From: Atopobiaceae bacterium
GTDB lineage: Bacteria; Actinomycetota; Coriobacteriia; Coriobacteriales; Atopobiaceae
Assembly: GCA_050953285.1 (NCBI GenBank)
Contig: JBMNMK010000002.1
Span: 1,120,844 to 1,184,843 of the forward strand
Length of the DNA stretch: 64,000 bases
Reading direction: 5' to 3'
Part shown: positions 35,912 to 45,257 of the stretch, piece after piece
Numbering within the stretch: the first letter of the stretch is position 1
Layout of the letters: every line of letters begins with the position of its first letter
Position numbers and translations under genes: made by a program
The notes under the pieces: model-generated
Told to the model about the DNA's origin: nothing
The model's input: only the letters and a program-made list of their open reading frames with translations
Databases searched by the model: none

Positions 35912-38311
35912 CTAAGCAAAGCCTAAAAATGTGCCAACAAAATGAACGATAAACGCCGCAAGCCATGCCACAATGCACTGGAATACCACAATGCTCGCCG
36001 CCCACTTGGAACCCAGCTCTCTCTGGATGGCGGCAATTGCTGCCACACAAGGGGTATAGAGCAGACAAAAGACCAAAAGTGATACAACCGAAAGCGGACT
36101 TATGGTTGCCACAAGTTCGGCAGTTGTACCAAAGAGGACGGAAAGCGTCGAGACAACCACCTCTTTTGCCATGAACCCTGCAATCAGAGAAACGGTGATG
36201 CGCCAGTCCGCAAAGCCAAGTGGAGCAAAAATCGGGCTGATGACACGTGAGATGGTTGCCAAAATGGACTGCGAGGGCGCGCTTGTCATCTCAAAGCCCA
36301 AGGTGAATGTCTGAAGCACCCAAATTACGACAGCTGCAAAAAATACCACGCTGAACGCCCTGGTCAAGAAGTCTTTTGTCTTGTCCCAGATAAGCAGCAG
36401 TACACTCTTTGCGCTGGGGAGTCTATAGTTTGGCAGCTCCATCACAAAAGGTACAGCCTCTCCTTTAGCCACCGTCTTATGGGTGATAAAGCCTACCAAG
36501 ATGCCCAAACCTATGCCCAAAATATAGAGACATACCATCACGAGCCAGCCATTTTGTGGGAAGAAGGCTGCGGTGAAGTACGCATAGATGGTAAGTTTGG
36601 TCGAGCAGCTCATGAAAGGAGTCAGCAGAATGGTGAGTTTTCGATCTCGTTCACTCGGAAGCGTCCGCGCCGACATAACAGCAGGTACCGTGCAGCCAAA
36701 CCCCATCAGCATAGGCACAATGGAACGGCCAGATAGGCCTATTTTTCTCAGCAGCTTATCCATCACAAAGGCGATACGTGCCATATACCCGGTATCCTCA
36801 AGCAGAGAGAGGAAGAAAAACATGGTCACAACGATAGGACAGATGGGCAAAATGGTGCCAATAGCATTGAAAATGCCATCTATAACCAGTGAGTGAACCA
36901 GTGGACTTACGCCAGCTGCCAGAAGCGCCTCGTCCACCGCAGACGTCAGCACGTCAACGCCTTGAGCAACCAGATCTGCCAAGAAGCTCCCCACCACATT
37001 AAACGTCAGGTAGAAGACAGCTGCCATGATGGCAACAAAGAGCGGAAGTGCCGTCCATTTTCCCGTGAGAAGTTCATCAATCTTCTCGCTCCGCTCGCGT
37101 TCTTTGCTCTGTGTTGGCTTGACCACACACTGGGAGACCACCCTGGTGATAAAGGCATAGCGACTGTCAGCAACTGCCGCCGCTCTATCAAGTCCGCTTT
37201 CTATCTCCATCTGCTGAACGATATGCTCAACTGCCTCAAGCTCATTGTCATCGAGCTTGAGGCGCGCCACCACGCGCTCGTCTCCCTCAATAAGCTTGGT
37301 GGCCGCAAACCTCACGGGGAGCTGCGCGGACACAGCATGGTCTTCTATAAGGTGCATGATGGCATGGATTGCACGGTGGAGCGCCGGCTGCCCAACCGCA
37401 TCACAAAAGTCCTGCTTGCCTGGTCGCTCCTGAAAGCGTGCAACATGGATTGCATGAGATATAAGCTCATCTATACCTTCGCCGCGAGACGCCGAGATGG
37501 GAACTACTGGGATGCCCAAGAGATCTTCCATCTTATTGACATCTATGGAACCGCCATTTCCCTGGAACTCGTCCATCATGTTAAGCGCCAATACCATCGG
37601 CCGGTTGAGTTCCATGAGCTGCATGGTAAGGTACATATTGCGCTCAAGATTAGTTGCATCCACAATATCTATGATGCCCTTTGGATCCTCATCCAGGATA
37701 AACTGGCGAGAGACAATCTCCTCAGACGTATAGGGAGAAAGTGAATAAATACCAGGGAGATCGGTCACTAAGGTATCAGAATAGCCTCGTATTGCGCCAT
37801 CTTTTCTATCAACCGTCACACCTGGAAAGTTGCCAACATGGCGCCGTGAGCCGGTAAGCTGGTTAAACAGCGTAGTCTTACCGGAGTTTTGATTGCCAGC
37901 CAAAGCAAATGTAAGCAGTGTGCCCTGAGGAATGGCATGTGAGTGGTCACTGGTGCGCTCATCCTCTTCATGCCCATGGTTTTTCTCGCCTAGACCCGGA
38001 TGTGGCGTATGGGTCTGCGCACCACCAGCATCATGCACTGTTGGCGAAACGTCTTTGTTCGTTATTGCGGTCTCTCTGATCGGTGCAATCTCTATCTGAC
38101 GCGCATCGTTATGCCTCAAGCTCAGCTGATAGCCATGTATGGTGAGCTCAAGCGGATCTCCCATAGGAGCATATTTTTCTAGGGTCACCGTGGCACCTGG
38201 AATGATTCCCATATCCAAAAAGTGCTGGCGTAAAGCGCCGCGTCCGCCCACCCGTGTGATGATAGCCGAGTCACCTCGTGCAAGCTGGCTGAGATTTCTT
38301 ACCTCTGACAT
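35912..38311 (-). CDS. feoB: Ferrous iron transporter, FeoA-FeoB fusion
   Basis: An N-terminal FeoA SH3-like segment (ITRVGG...LDMGIIPGATV) and a His-rich linker come first. The FeoB G-domain (GNQNSGKTTLFNQLTG, DLPGIYSL) and the polytopic permease follow. The ATG at 38311 follows GAGGAA. Confidence 0.9.
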   Translation of the reverse strand: MSEVRNLSQLARGDSAIITRVGGRGALRQHFLDMGIIPGATVTLEKYAPMGDPLELTIHGYQLSLRHNDARQIEIAPIRETAITNKDVSPTVHDAGGAQTHTPHPGLGEKNHGHEEDERTSDHSHAIPQGTLLTFALAGNQNSGKTTLFNQLTGSRRHVGNFPGVTVDRKDGAIRGYSDTLVTDLPGIYSLSPYTSEEIVSRQFILDEDPKGIIDIVDATNLERNMYLTMQLMELNRPMVLALNMMDEFQGNGGSIDVNKMEDLLGIPVVPISASRGEGIDELISHAIHVARFQERPGKQDFCDAVGQPALHRAIHAIMHLIEDHAVSAQLPVRFAATKLIEGDERVVARLKLDDNELEAVEHIVQQMEIESGLDRAAAVADSRYAFITRVVSQCVVKPTQSKERERSEKIDELLTGKWTALPLFVAIMAAVFYLTFNVVGSFLADLVAQGVDVLTSAVDEALLAAGVSPLVHSLVIDGIFNAIGTILPICPIVVTMFFFLSLLEDTGYMARIAFVMDKLLRKIGLSGRSIVPMLMGFGCTVPAVMSARTLPSERDRKLTILLTPFMSCSTKLTIYAYFTAAFFPQNGWLVMVCLYILGIGLGILVGFITHKTVAKGEAVPFVMELPNYRLPSAKSVLLLIWDKTKDFLTRAFSVVFFAAVVIWVLQTFTLGFEMTSAPSQSILATISRVISPIFAPLGFADWRITVSLIAGFMAKEVVVSTLSVLFGTTAELVATISPLSVVSLLVFCLLYTPCVAAIAAIQRELGSKWAASIVVFQCIVAWLAAFIVHFVGTFLGFA

Positions 38312-38468
38312 AGATTCCTCACGTGCACACATTTCTCGCGTTTTGTCATACTCCATGTGGCTCTATCGTAAAACAAATGACGTGCGTGGGACGAGTAGGA
38401 CGTGCACATGTAAAAAACCGGCAGCCGCATGATGCGACCGCCGGTTATACGGATACACGTTTGTGGCG

Positions 38469-38732
38469 TTAGGAACTATCGTGTTCCCACAGAGTCGTAT
38501 AGGAACTACCTTCCACTCCATCCTCACGGGCCACTTGCTCAAGCTCATCTAAGTGGACACCTTCAGGGAAGAGCGCATCTCCTGGTGTCTCATAGCGCAC
38601 GCACGTGCCACATGAGCTGGAAAGCGCGCGTGGAACAGGCATGAGTCGAGAAGTCCAGCCCGCCTGAGCGCACTGCTTTTCAAAGCGCAGAGCGCCAAAG
38701 TGTGACACAAATGTGGCAACGAGCGTATGCAT
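38469..38732 (-). CDS. DUF3343 domain protein (putative Se/S carrier-like)
   Basis: 87 aa. The pattern ...ALRFEKQCAQAG...LMPVPRALSSSCGTC resembles DUF3343. It sits next to TusA-like and YedE genes. Confidence 0.6.
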   Translation of the reverse strand: MHTLVATFVSHFGALRFEKQCAQAGWTSRLMPVPRALSSSCGTCVRYETPGDALFPEGVHLDELEQVAREDGVEGSSYTTLWEHDSS

Positions 38733-38738
38733 ACCTAC

Positions 38739-38945
38739 CTACTTCTTGATTTCCAGACGCCAACCGTCTTCTGTCTCTTGCACATCCACAGAATAGCCCT
38801 GGTTGGAAGCAAAGCGTGTCACGTTCTCCTTGGGCGCAAAGTCTGAAACCAGAACCTCAAGCTCGGTGGCGCCATCACGCAGGGCATTTCTTGTCAATAC
38901 AACTGGCTCGGGGCAGGAAAGCCCACGTGCGTCTACTGTTTTCAT
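38739..38945 (-). CDS. TusA/SirA-like sulfurtransferase
   Basis: 68 aa with the DARGLSCPEPV active-site CPxP motif. Confidence 0.8.
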   Translation of the reverse strand: MKTVDARGLSCPEPVVLTRNALRDGATELEVLVSDFAPKENVTRFASNQGYSVDVQETEDGWRLEIKK

Positions 38946-38969
38946 GCTTATCTCCTCACGTAAGCGCGC

Positions 38970-40055
38970 CTATTTTGCCTTAGCAAAGGTATTTGCACAT
39001 GCAATGCACGCAACCACCACAATACCGATAATGACCGCTATCTGGCCATTCATGGTTGGACCTGCACCACTGGAAGCAAGGCCAAAGTTGTGCGCAAAAG
39101 CGGCGCCGGCGGCAAGACCCAGGATGGTGATGGCACTGTCAGAGTTGCCCTCGCCGGAGAGGATGGTCTGACGCAGCGGGCAGCCACCCAGCAGCACGGA
39201 GGCAAATCCCAGAAGGAAGGTGCCCAGTGCATTCCAAAGACCATCGGTGTGTGCTATGGGTTGCTCGGCAAAGCCCAGCTGGAAATACGTGGTGCCCGTG
39301 GCCTGTGTCATAACGATGTTGGTGATAAGCGCTGCGACAAATACGGCGACAAACCCCAGCAACAGTTTGTTGTCCTTGAACAGGACGGCGTCGCGGATGC
39401 CACCGACCATGCACATGCGCGTGCGCTGTGCAATGGCGCCAACCACCAGGCCAGCTGCCAGTGAGATGCCCAGAGCTGCATGCAGCGCGCCAGGGCCCTT
39501 GCCGGACTCGGTGAAGTGGATGAACTCAGGTGCTGCAATCAGAAGCACCAGCAAGACGATAGCAATAACCGGAATGAACGAACCCTCAATAACGCTCATC
39601 TTGTGGGAGCGAGAAAGGCTGTAGCCCCTGTTGAGGAAGAACACGCCAGCAAGAATACCAGCGGTAAAGCCCACCAGACCAAAGACGGCATTGAGGTCTC
39701 CGCCAGCCAGGCGAAGAATCATGCGGAAGGGGCAACCCAAGAACATGAGGGCGCCAATCATCGCAAAAAATCCCAGCACAAAACGGGTGACGGGAGCAGA
39801 GCCACCGCGCGGTGAGTACTCCTTGAAGACCACAGCCATGATGGTGCTACCCAGAATCAGGCCGATGACTTCAGGTCTAATGTATTGCACTGCGGCAGCA
39901 GAATCCAGGCCCAGCGCGCCTACCGTATCACGGATAAAGCAGGCAATGCAGAAGCCCATGTTGCGGGGGTTGCCAAAAAACACCAAAAGGGCGGCAATAA
40001 CGCCGATGATGGCGCCACCACAAATAATGGCAACTTTCTCCTTGCTTTTGTTCAT
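38970..40055 (-). CDS. YedE/YeeE family protein (putative selenium/sulfur-compound transporter)
   Basis: Polytopic protein with an N-terminal GNPRNMGFCIACFIRD motif and a second-half Cys motif RMCMVGGIRD. The ATG at 40055 follows AGGAG. Confidence 0.8.
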   Translation of the reverse strand: MNKSKEKVAIICGGAIIGVIAALLVFFGNPRNMGFCIACFIRDTVGALGLDSAAAVQYIRPEVIGLILGSTIMAVVFKEYSPRGGSAPVTRFVLGFFAMIGALMFLGCPFRMILRLAGGDLNAVFGLVGFTAGILAGVFFLNRGYSLSRSHKMSVIEGSFIPVIAIVLLVLLIAAPEFIHFTESGKGPGALHAALGISLAAGLVVGAIAQRTRMCMVGGIRDAVLFKDNKLLLGFVAVFVAALITNIVMTQATGTTYFQLGFAEQPIAHTDGLWNALGTFLLGFASVLLGGCPLRQTILSGEGNSDSAITILGLAAGAAFAHNFGLASSGAGPTMNGQIAVIIGIVVVACIACANTFAKAK

Positions 40056-40278
40056 GTGTCTCCTATCCTCGCTACACTGCGTCAGAGCCGTTGCTCTGAA
40101 CGTTGCGATTATGCAATACATTTGCTGAATTAGTGAAAACGAGAATTTCTAATCATGAGAATGTGCCACTGAATGTTGGATTAAAACCGCTCGGAAGATT
40201 GCTCTCGTATTCACGGGGTTACATTTGAAAAAGTGATTACCAAATACACCGGGCAATTCATTCATAAGGAGTTTAATT

Positions 40279-41430
40279 ATGCAGCGCTATCTGGACAACT
40301 CTTCAACCACGTTTCCCAAGCCCAGATGCGTAGCAGATGCCGTGTATACCTATATGACAGAGATAGGCGTCAATGTGGGACGCGGCAGATATGAAGATGC
40401 CTACAGCGTAGAGATGAGCATCATGGAGTGCCGCGAGCGTCTAGTTGACCTCTTTGACGGATATGACCCCAGCGGTGTTGTTTTTTCCAAAAATATAACC
40501 GAAAGCATGAATGTATTAATTAAAGGCTTCTTGCAAGAAAATGATCATGTTATCGTGAGCTCCATGGAACATAACGCCGTTATGAGACCTCTGGTGCAGC
40601 TTGAAAAATCACCTGTGACCTTCACGCGCGCCGCATGTACGCCAGAGGGAGACCTCATAGTAGACTCCCTTGAAGATGCCCTTTTGCCCAACACGCGCGC
40701 CGTCATAATGACCCACGCAAGTAACGTCTGCGGTACGGTCATGCCCATAGCTAAGGTGGGCGCATTTTGCAGGGATCACGGCATCAAATTCTTTCTTGAC
40801 TCTGCCCAAAGCGCAGGTGTTCTTCCCATTGACATGCAGCGCGATAACATTGACGTGGTCGCGTTTACCGGACACAAGGGCTTGATGGGCCCTCAAGGCA
40901 TTGGCGGTATGGTGGCAGACCCAGCATTCTTATCCACCCTTGACCCCCTCATTGCGGGAGGTACCGGCTCCAAAAGTGACTCAGAAGAGATGCCCGCCTT
41001 CCTGCCAGACCACCTGGAGGCGGGGACGCAAAATCTGCCTGGAATCATAGGCTTGAACGCAGCGTTGGAATGGCTTGAGAACACAGGCATCGACACCATT
41101 CATGCGCGCGAAACACAGCTCACCCAGCTCTTGCTCCAAGGCCTCGTGGAGCTGGAAGAACACGGACGCGTTCGCCTAATAGGCCACAGAGACACCCACG
41201 AGCGTCTCTCAGCGGTATCCATTCAGACACCTGGCCATGATGAGGCATATATTGCCGATAAACTCGCGCGCTCCTATGGCATCATGACCCGCGTTGGCCT
41301 CCACTGCGCGCCATCTGCCCACAAGACCTTGAACACCTTCCCGCACGGCACCATCCGCTTTTCCCTGGGGTATTTCAACACGGAAGACGATGTGGCAGCA
41401 GCGCTTAGCGCCCTCGGTGAGCTCCTCTAA
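40279..41430 (+). CDS. Class-V aminotransferase-fold PLP enzyme (cysteine desulfurase / selenocysteine lyase family)
   Basis: YLDNSSTTFP N-terminus, a FTGHKGLMGPQG PLP-lysine motif and a C-terminal RVGLHCAP active-site cysteine loop. Confidence 0.8.
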   Translation: MQRYLDNSSTTFPKPRCVADAVYTYMTEIGVNVGRGRYEDAYSVEMSIMECRERLVDLFDGYDPSGVVFSKNITESMNVLIKGFLQENDHVIVSSMEHNAVMRPLVQLEKSPVTFTRAACTPEGDLIVDSLEDALLPNTRAVIMTHASNVCGTVMPIAKVGAFCRDHGIKFFLDSAQSAGVLPIDMQRDNIDVVAFTGHKGLMGPQGIGGMVADPAFLSTLDPLIAGGTGSKSDSEEMPAFLPDHLEAGTQNLPGIIGLNAALEWLENTGIDTIHARETQLTQLLLQGLVELEEHGRVRLIGHRDTHERLSAVSIQTPGHDEAYIADKLARSYGIMTRVGLHCAPSAHKTLNTFPHGTIRFSLGYFNTEDDVAAALSALGELL

Positions 41431-41433
41431 AAG

Positions 41434-41466
41434 AAGCGGCGCCGAGCACTGTGCCTGACGCCGCTT
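41434..41466. terminator. Hairpin between convergent genes (weak terminator candidate)
   Basis: AAGCGGCG...CGCCGCTT 8-bp stem with a 17-nt loop. The tail is T-rich only on the minus strand (the livF side). Confidence 0.4.
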
Positions 41467-41553
41467 ATGATATGTAGCTTCATACCGCAGGTTCTTTTCG
41501 CCCAGCGCTCGTTCAGCACATGCGCGTGACGGCGTGTGACGTCAGCGTAAGAG

Positions 41554-42261
41554 CTATCCGCCCAGGTAGGCCTTTCTCACGTCGTCGTCGTGCAAGAGAT
41601 CCTGGCCGGTTCCTGTCTTCACGATGCGGCCGGTCTCCAACACGTAGCCACGGTCCGCGATGGAAAGTGACATGGACGCGTTTTGCTCGACCAAAAGGAT
41701 GGTCGTGCCGCTCTTGTTGAGCATGCGGATGATATCAAAGATTTCGTCCACCAATATGGGAGCCAGGCCCATGGAGGGCTCGTCGAGCATGAGGAGCTTG
41801 GGGCGGCTCATCAGTGCGCGACCCATGGCAAGCATCTGCTGCTCGCCACCGGAAAGCGTGCCTGCCATCTGATCGACGCGCTCCTTGAGCCGGGGGAAGT
41901 GCTCGTAAATGACCTTGAGCTCCTCCGCATTTTCTGCATCCGAGCGCAGATAGCCGCCCATTTCCAGGTTTTCATACACGCTCATCTGCGTAAAGACGCG
42001 CCTACCCTCAGGGCACAGCGCAATGCCTTTCTGCACAATCTGGTGCGCTTTTGCGCCGGCAATATCCTCGCCGTTGAACTCGATGCTTCCGGACTCCGGC
42101 TTCAGGAGGCCGCAGATGGTGTTCATGGTCGATGATTTACCTGCACCGTTGGCGCCGATCATGGTGACAATCTCGCCCTCGTTGACCTCAAAGGAGATGC
42201 CCTTGACCGCCTTGATTGCGCCGTAGGACACGTGCAGATCATTCACACTCAAAAGTGCCAT
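41554..42261 (-). CDS. livF: Branched-chain amino acid ABC transporter ATP-binding protein LivF
   Basis: Walker A GANGAGKSS, signature LSGGEQQM and Walker B LLMLDEP. It is the last gene of a livJHMGF-ordered operon. Confidence 0.9.
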   Translation of the reverse strand: MALLSVNDLHVSYGAIKAVKGISFEVNEGEIVTMIGANGAGKSSTMNTICGLLKPESGSIEFNGEDIAGAKAHQIVQKGIALCPEGRRVFTQMSVYENLEMGGYLRSDAENAEELKVIYEHFPRLKERVDQMAGTLSGGEQQMLAMGRALMSRPKLLMLDEPSMGLAPILVDEIFDIIRMLNKSGTTILLVEQNASMSLSIADRGYVLETGRIVKTGTGQDLLHDDDVRKAYLGG

Positions 42262-43136
42262 TATTTCACCCCCTGCTTGCCCAGATAGGCCTCGATAACG
42301 CGCGGATCGTTCTGGATGTCTTCGGGCGATCCTTTGGCGATGATCTTGCCGTAGTCAAGCACGCCCACGACTTCGCAAATACCCATAACAAGGTTCATGT
42401 CATGTTCAATCAAGAGAATGGCAATCTGGAAATCGTCGCGGATCTTGGAGATGTTCTCCATGAGCTCTTCGGTCTCGTTGGGGTTCATGCCTGCAGCGGG
42501 CTCATCCAGGAGCAAGATCTTGGGCTGCGTGGCCAAAGCGCGCAGAATCTCCAGGCGACGCTGAGCGCCATACGGCAAGTTTCCTGCCAGCTCACCCGCA
42601 TATTTCTGCATGTCAAAGATGGCGAGAAGATCTTGCGCTCGATCGTGGAACTCCGCTTCCTGCTTCCAGTGGCCGGGCAGACGCAAGATGTCGGTCACGA
42701 GGTTAGTGTGCATGGAGTTGGTAAATCCCACCAGTACATTTTCTTCTACGGTCATCTGCGTGAAGAGTCGGATGTTCTGGAACGTACGCGCAATGCCCAT
42801 CTTGTTGACCTGCACCACGCTCTTGCCCGCCGTGTCATAGCCGTTGATCAAGACGGAGCCACGCGTCGGCTTATACACGTTGGTCAAAAGGTTGAAGATG
42901 GTCGTCTTACCTGCGCCATTAGGGCCAATGATGCCGGCGATCTCAGTAGGTCCCATAGCGATGTTGAAGTCATCGACCGCCGTGAGGCCGCCGAAGTCAA
43001 TGCCAAGGTGTTGCGCCTGCAAAACTGGCATCTTTCCCATATCACGCTCGGTGACCAGGTTGGGCTCTTCCACCTGCACCAGAACAGGGCGGCGTTTGCC
43101 TTGTTTTGTCGGCTGTTCGTTCTTCTCGCTAGGCAT
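42261..43136 (-). CDS. livG: Branched-chain amino acid ABC transporter ATP-binding protein LivG
   Basis: Walker A GPNGAGKTT, the LivG-type BCA_ABC_TP_C tail (NDPRVIEAYLG). The ATG at 43136 overlaps the livM stop. Confidence 0.9.
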   Translation of the reverse strand: MPSEKNEQPTKQGKRRPVLVQVEEPNLVTERDMGKMPVLQAQHLGIDFGGLTAVDDFNIAMGPTEIAGIIGPNGAGKTTIFNLLTNVYKPTRGSVLINGYDTAGKSVVQVNKMGIARTFQNIRLFTQMTVEENVLVGFTNSMHTNLVTDILRLPGHWKQEAEFHDRAQDLLAIFDMQKYAGELAGNLPYGAQRRLEILRALATQPKILLLDEPAAGMNPNETEELMENISKIRDDFQIAILLIEHDMNLVMGICEVVGVLDYGKIIAKGSPEDIQNDPRVIEAYLGKQGVK

Positions 43137-44262
43137 TCTCACGCACCTCCTTCTTGGCCTTCTTCCAGGGATAATCATGGTTCATGATGCGCTCAATCAC
43201 GCGCGAAAGTGAGAAGTCATAGGTGCCGAGAAGACCCTGCGGACGGAAGATCATGACCAGTACCAGCACAATTGCGTAGACCACCATGCGGTAATCTGAG
43301 AAGGCACGCAGCGCCTCGGGAAGAATGGTGAGGACAGTTGCAGAGATGACCGAGCCCAGCATAGAGCCCATGCCACCCAGAACCACCATGACCAAGATCT
43401 CGATGGACTTCATGAAGCCAAAGCGCGCCGGCGCCATAACGCCGATGCAGCCCGCATACAGACCTCCGGCAACGCCTGCCCAAAAGGCGGAGGCGACAAA
43501 TGCCATGGTCTTGTAATAGGTGGTGTTTACGCCAGATGCCTCTGCGGCAATCTCGTTATCGCGGATGGCCAAAACCGAGCGGCCATGCCTGGATTTCATC
43601 ATGGTATGGATCATGAAGAGCGCCACCGCCACCACCAGGAAGGTGTTCAAGAAGTTGGTATACGACGGAATGCCTGTGAGACCCTTGGCGCCGCCGGTGA
43701 GCTCAAAGCCCAAGACGGAGTCAATGTTGAGCATCACAACACGGATGATCTCAGCAAAGCCGAGCGTGATGATGGCCAGGTAGTCACCTTTCAAGCGAAG
43801 CGCGGGGATACCTATGAGCAGGCCCGCCAAGGCAGCACAGACACCACCAAAGAGCAGTCCCAAAAAGACGAGCAATGCCACCTGAGGGCCGCCCGCTGCC
43901 ATAGCACGTGCGTTGAGACCAAAGACCGGCATCATTTTCATGATAAAGATGGCACAGGTATAGCCACCCACGCTCATGAATCCTGCGTGGCCCAAGGGGA
44001 GCTGTCCCAGATAGCCCGTTGCAATGTTGAGTGACACCGCCAGCAGGATATAGACTCCTACCTGCTCAATCACCGTAGATTGATAGCGGGAGATAACCCC
44101 GCCGTCAATCATGACTTCACCCACAACCAAAAACAGCAGCACCAGTACGGCGTTGATGGCATAGCGCACCGGCATGGAGAGCTTCTTGCGCTCGCCCTGC
44201 TTGCCGGGCTTTCCGGCAGAAAGAGAGATGTAGGGCTTGCTCTCTGTCTTATCGTGTCTCAT
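43129..44262 (-). CDS. livM: Branched-chain amino acid ABC transporter permease LivM
   Basis: Polytopic permease in the expected operon position, with a GQLPLGHAGFM motif. Confidence 0.9.
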   Translation of the reverse strand: MRHDKTESKPYISLSAGKPGKQGERKKLSMPVRYAINAVLVLLFLVVGEVMIDGGVISRYQSTVIEQVGVYILLAVSLNIATGYLGQLPLGHAGFMSVGGYTCAIFIMKMMPVFGLNARAMAAGGPQVALLVFLGLLFGGVCAALAGLLIGIPALRLKGDYLAIITLGFAEIIRVVMLNIDSVLGFELTGGAKGLTGIPSYTNFLNTFLVVAVALFMIHTMMKSRHGRSVLAIRDNEIAAEASGVNTTYYKTMAFVASAFWAGVAGGLYAGCIGVMAPARFGFMKSIEILVMVVLGGMGSMLGSVISATVLTILPEALRAFSDYRMVVYAIVLVLVMIFRPQGLLGTYDFSLSRVIERIMNHDYPWKKAKKEVRENA

Positions 44263-44272
44263 CGCTACCCCC

Positions 44273-45166
44273 TTAGACCTTCTCGTTCATCGTACGGCCC
44301 AAAATGCCGGTAGGACGGACGATAAGAACAATGATGAGCAGCAGGTAAACCACTGCATCTTTCCAGACCGAGAGACCGAGTGCCGAGACAATAACCTCTG
44401 CCATACCGACCACCAAGCCGCCGATAACGGCGCCGGGGATGGAGCCAATGCCGCCCAAAACCGCAGCTACAAAGGCCTTGGTGCCAAGCATGATGCCCAT
44501 CGTTGGAGTCGCCTGCGTATAGGCCATCGAATACAGCACCGCACCGATACCCGCCAAGGCAGAGCCAACAGCAAAGGTAAAGGAGATGGTGTTGTTCACG
44601 TTGATGCCCATCAGACGCGCGGCGCTCATGTCTTCTGACACCGCACGCATGGCCTTACCCAGCTTGGTCTTCTTAACCAAAAGGTTGAGCACAACCGTAG
44701 AGATTGCGGTGATGAGAATGGTCAGAAGCGCGGTAAAGGAGACGGGTGTACCCGCCACCTGAACGGTTGAGATGGACGTAAATGCAGGTACCACCTTTGC
44801 GTCTGCACCAAAGACCAACTGAGCACCATTTTCCAAGAAGTAGGACACGCCAATAGCGGTAATGAGGATGGACAGACGCGGCGCGTTGCGCAGCGGCGCA
44901 TAGGCAACCTTATCGATCAAGACACCCAAAAGCGTGCATCCTACAACGGCAAGAAGTGCGGCCAAAAGTGGCGGAACACCCCACTGTGCCAGTGCAATCC
45001 AAGAGATATAAGCGCCGACCATAATAATATCGCCATGGGCAAAGTTGAGCAGCAAAATGATGCCGTACACCATTGTGTAGCCCAAAGCAATAAGTGCATA
45101 GACGCTACCCAGCTGCAAGCCATTTAACAATTGCGTCAACACTGTCACGGTGAACACTCCTTTCAT
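44273..45166 (-). CDS. livH: Branched-chain amino acid ABC transporter permease LivH
   Basis: LNGLQLGSVYALIALGYTMVYG N-terminus is typical of LivH. Confidence 0.9.
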   Translation of the reverse strand: MKGVFTVTVLTQLLNGLQLGSVYALIALGYTMVYGIILLLNFAHGDIIMVGAYISWIALAQWGVPPLLAALLAVVGCTLLGVLIDKVAYAPLRNAPRLSILITAIGVSYFLENGAQLVFGADAKVVPAFTSISTVQVAGTPVSFTALLTILITAISTVVLNLLVKKTKLGKAMRAVSEDMSAARLMGINVNNTISFTFAVGSALAGIGAVLYSMAYTQATPTMGIMLGTKAFVAAVLGGIGSIPGAVIGGLVVGMAEVIVSALGLSVWKDAVVYLLLIIVLIVRPTGILGRTMNEKV

Positions 45167-45257
45167 TCTGTCTCACATCACCCATGTGCAACAAGCTCTG
45201 TTACCAACACAAGGCGCCCAGAAAAAGGACGCCTTGTGTTGAATGTCTTGTGAGAGC

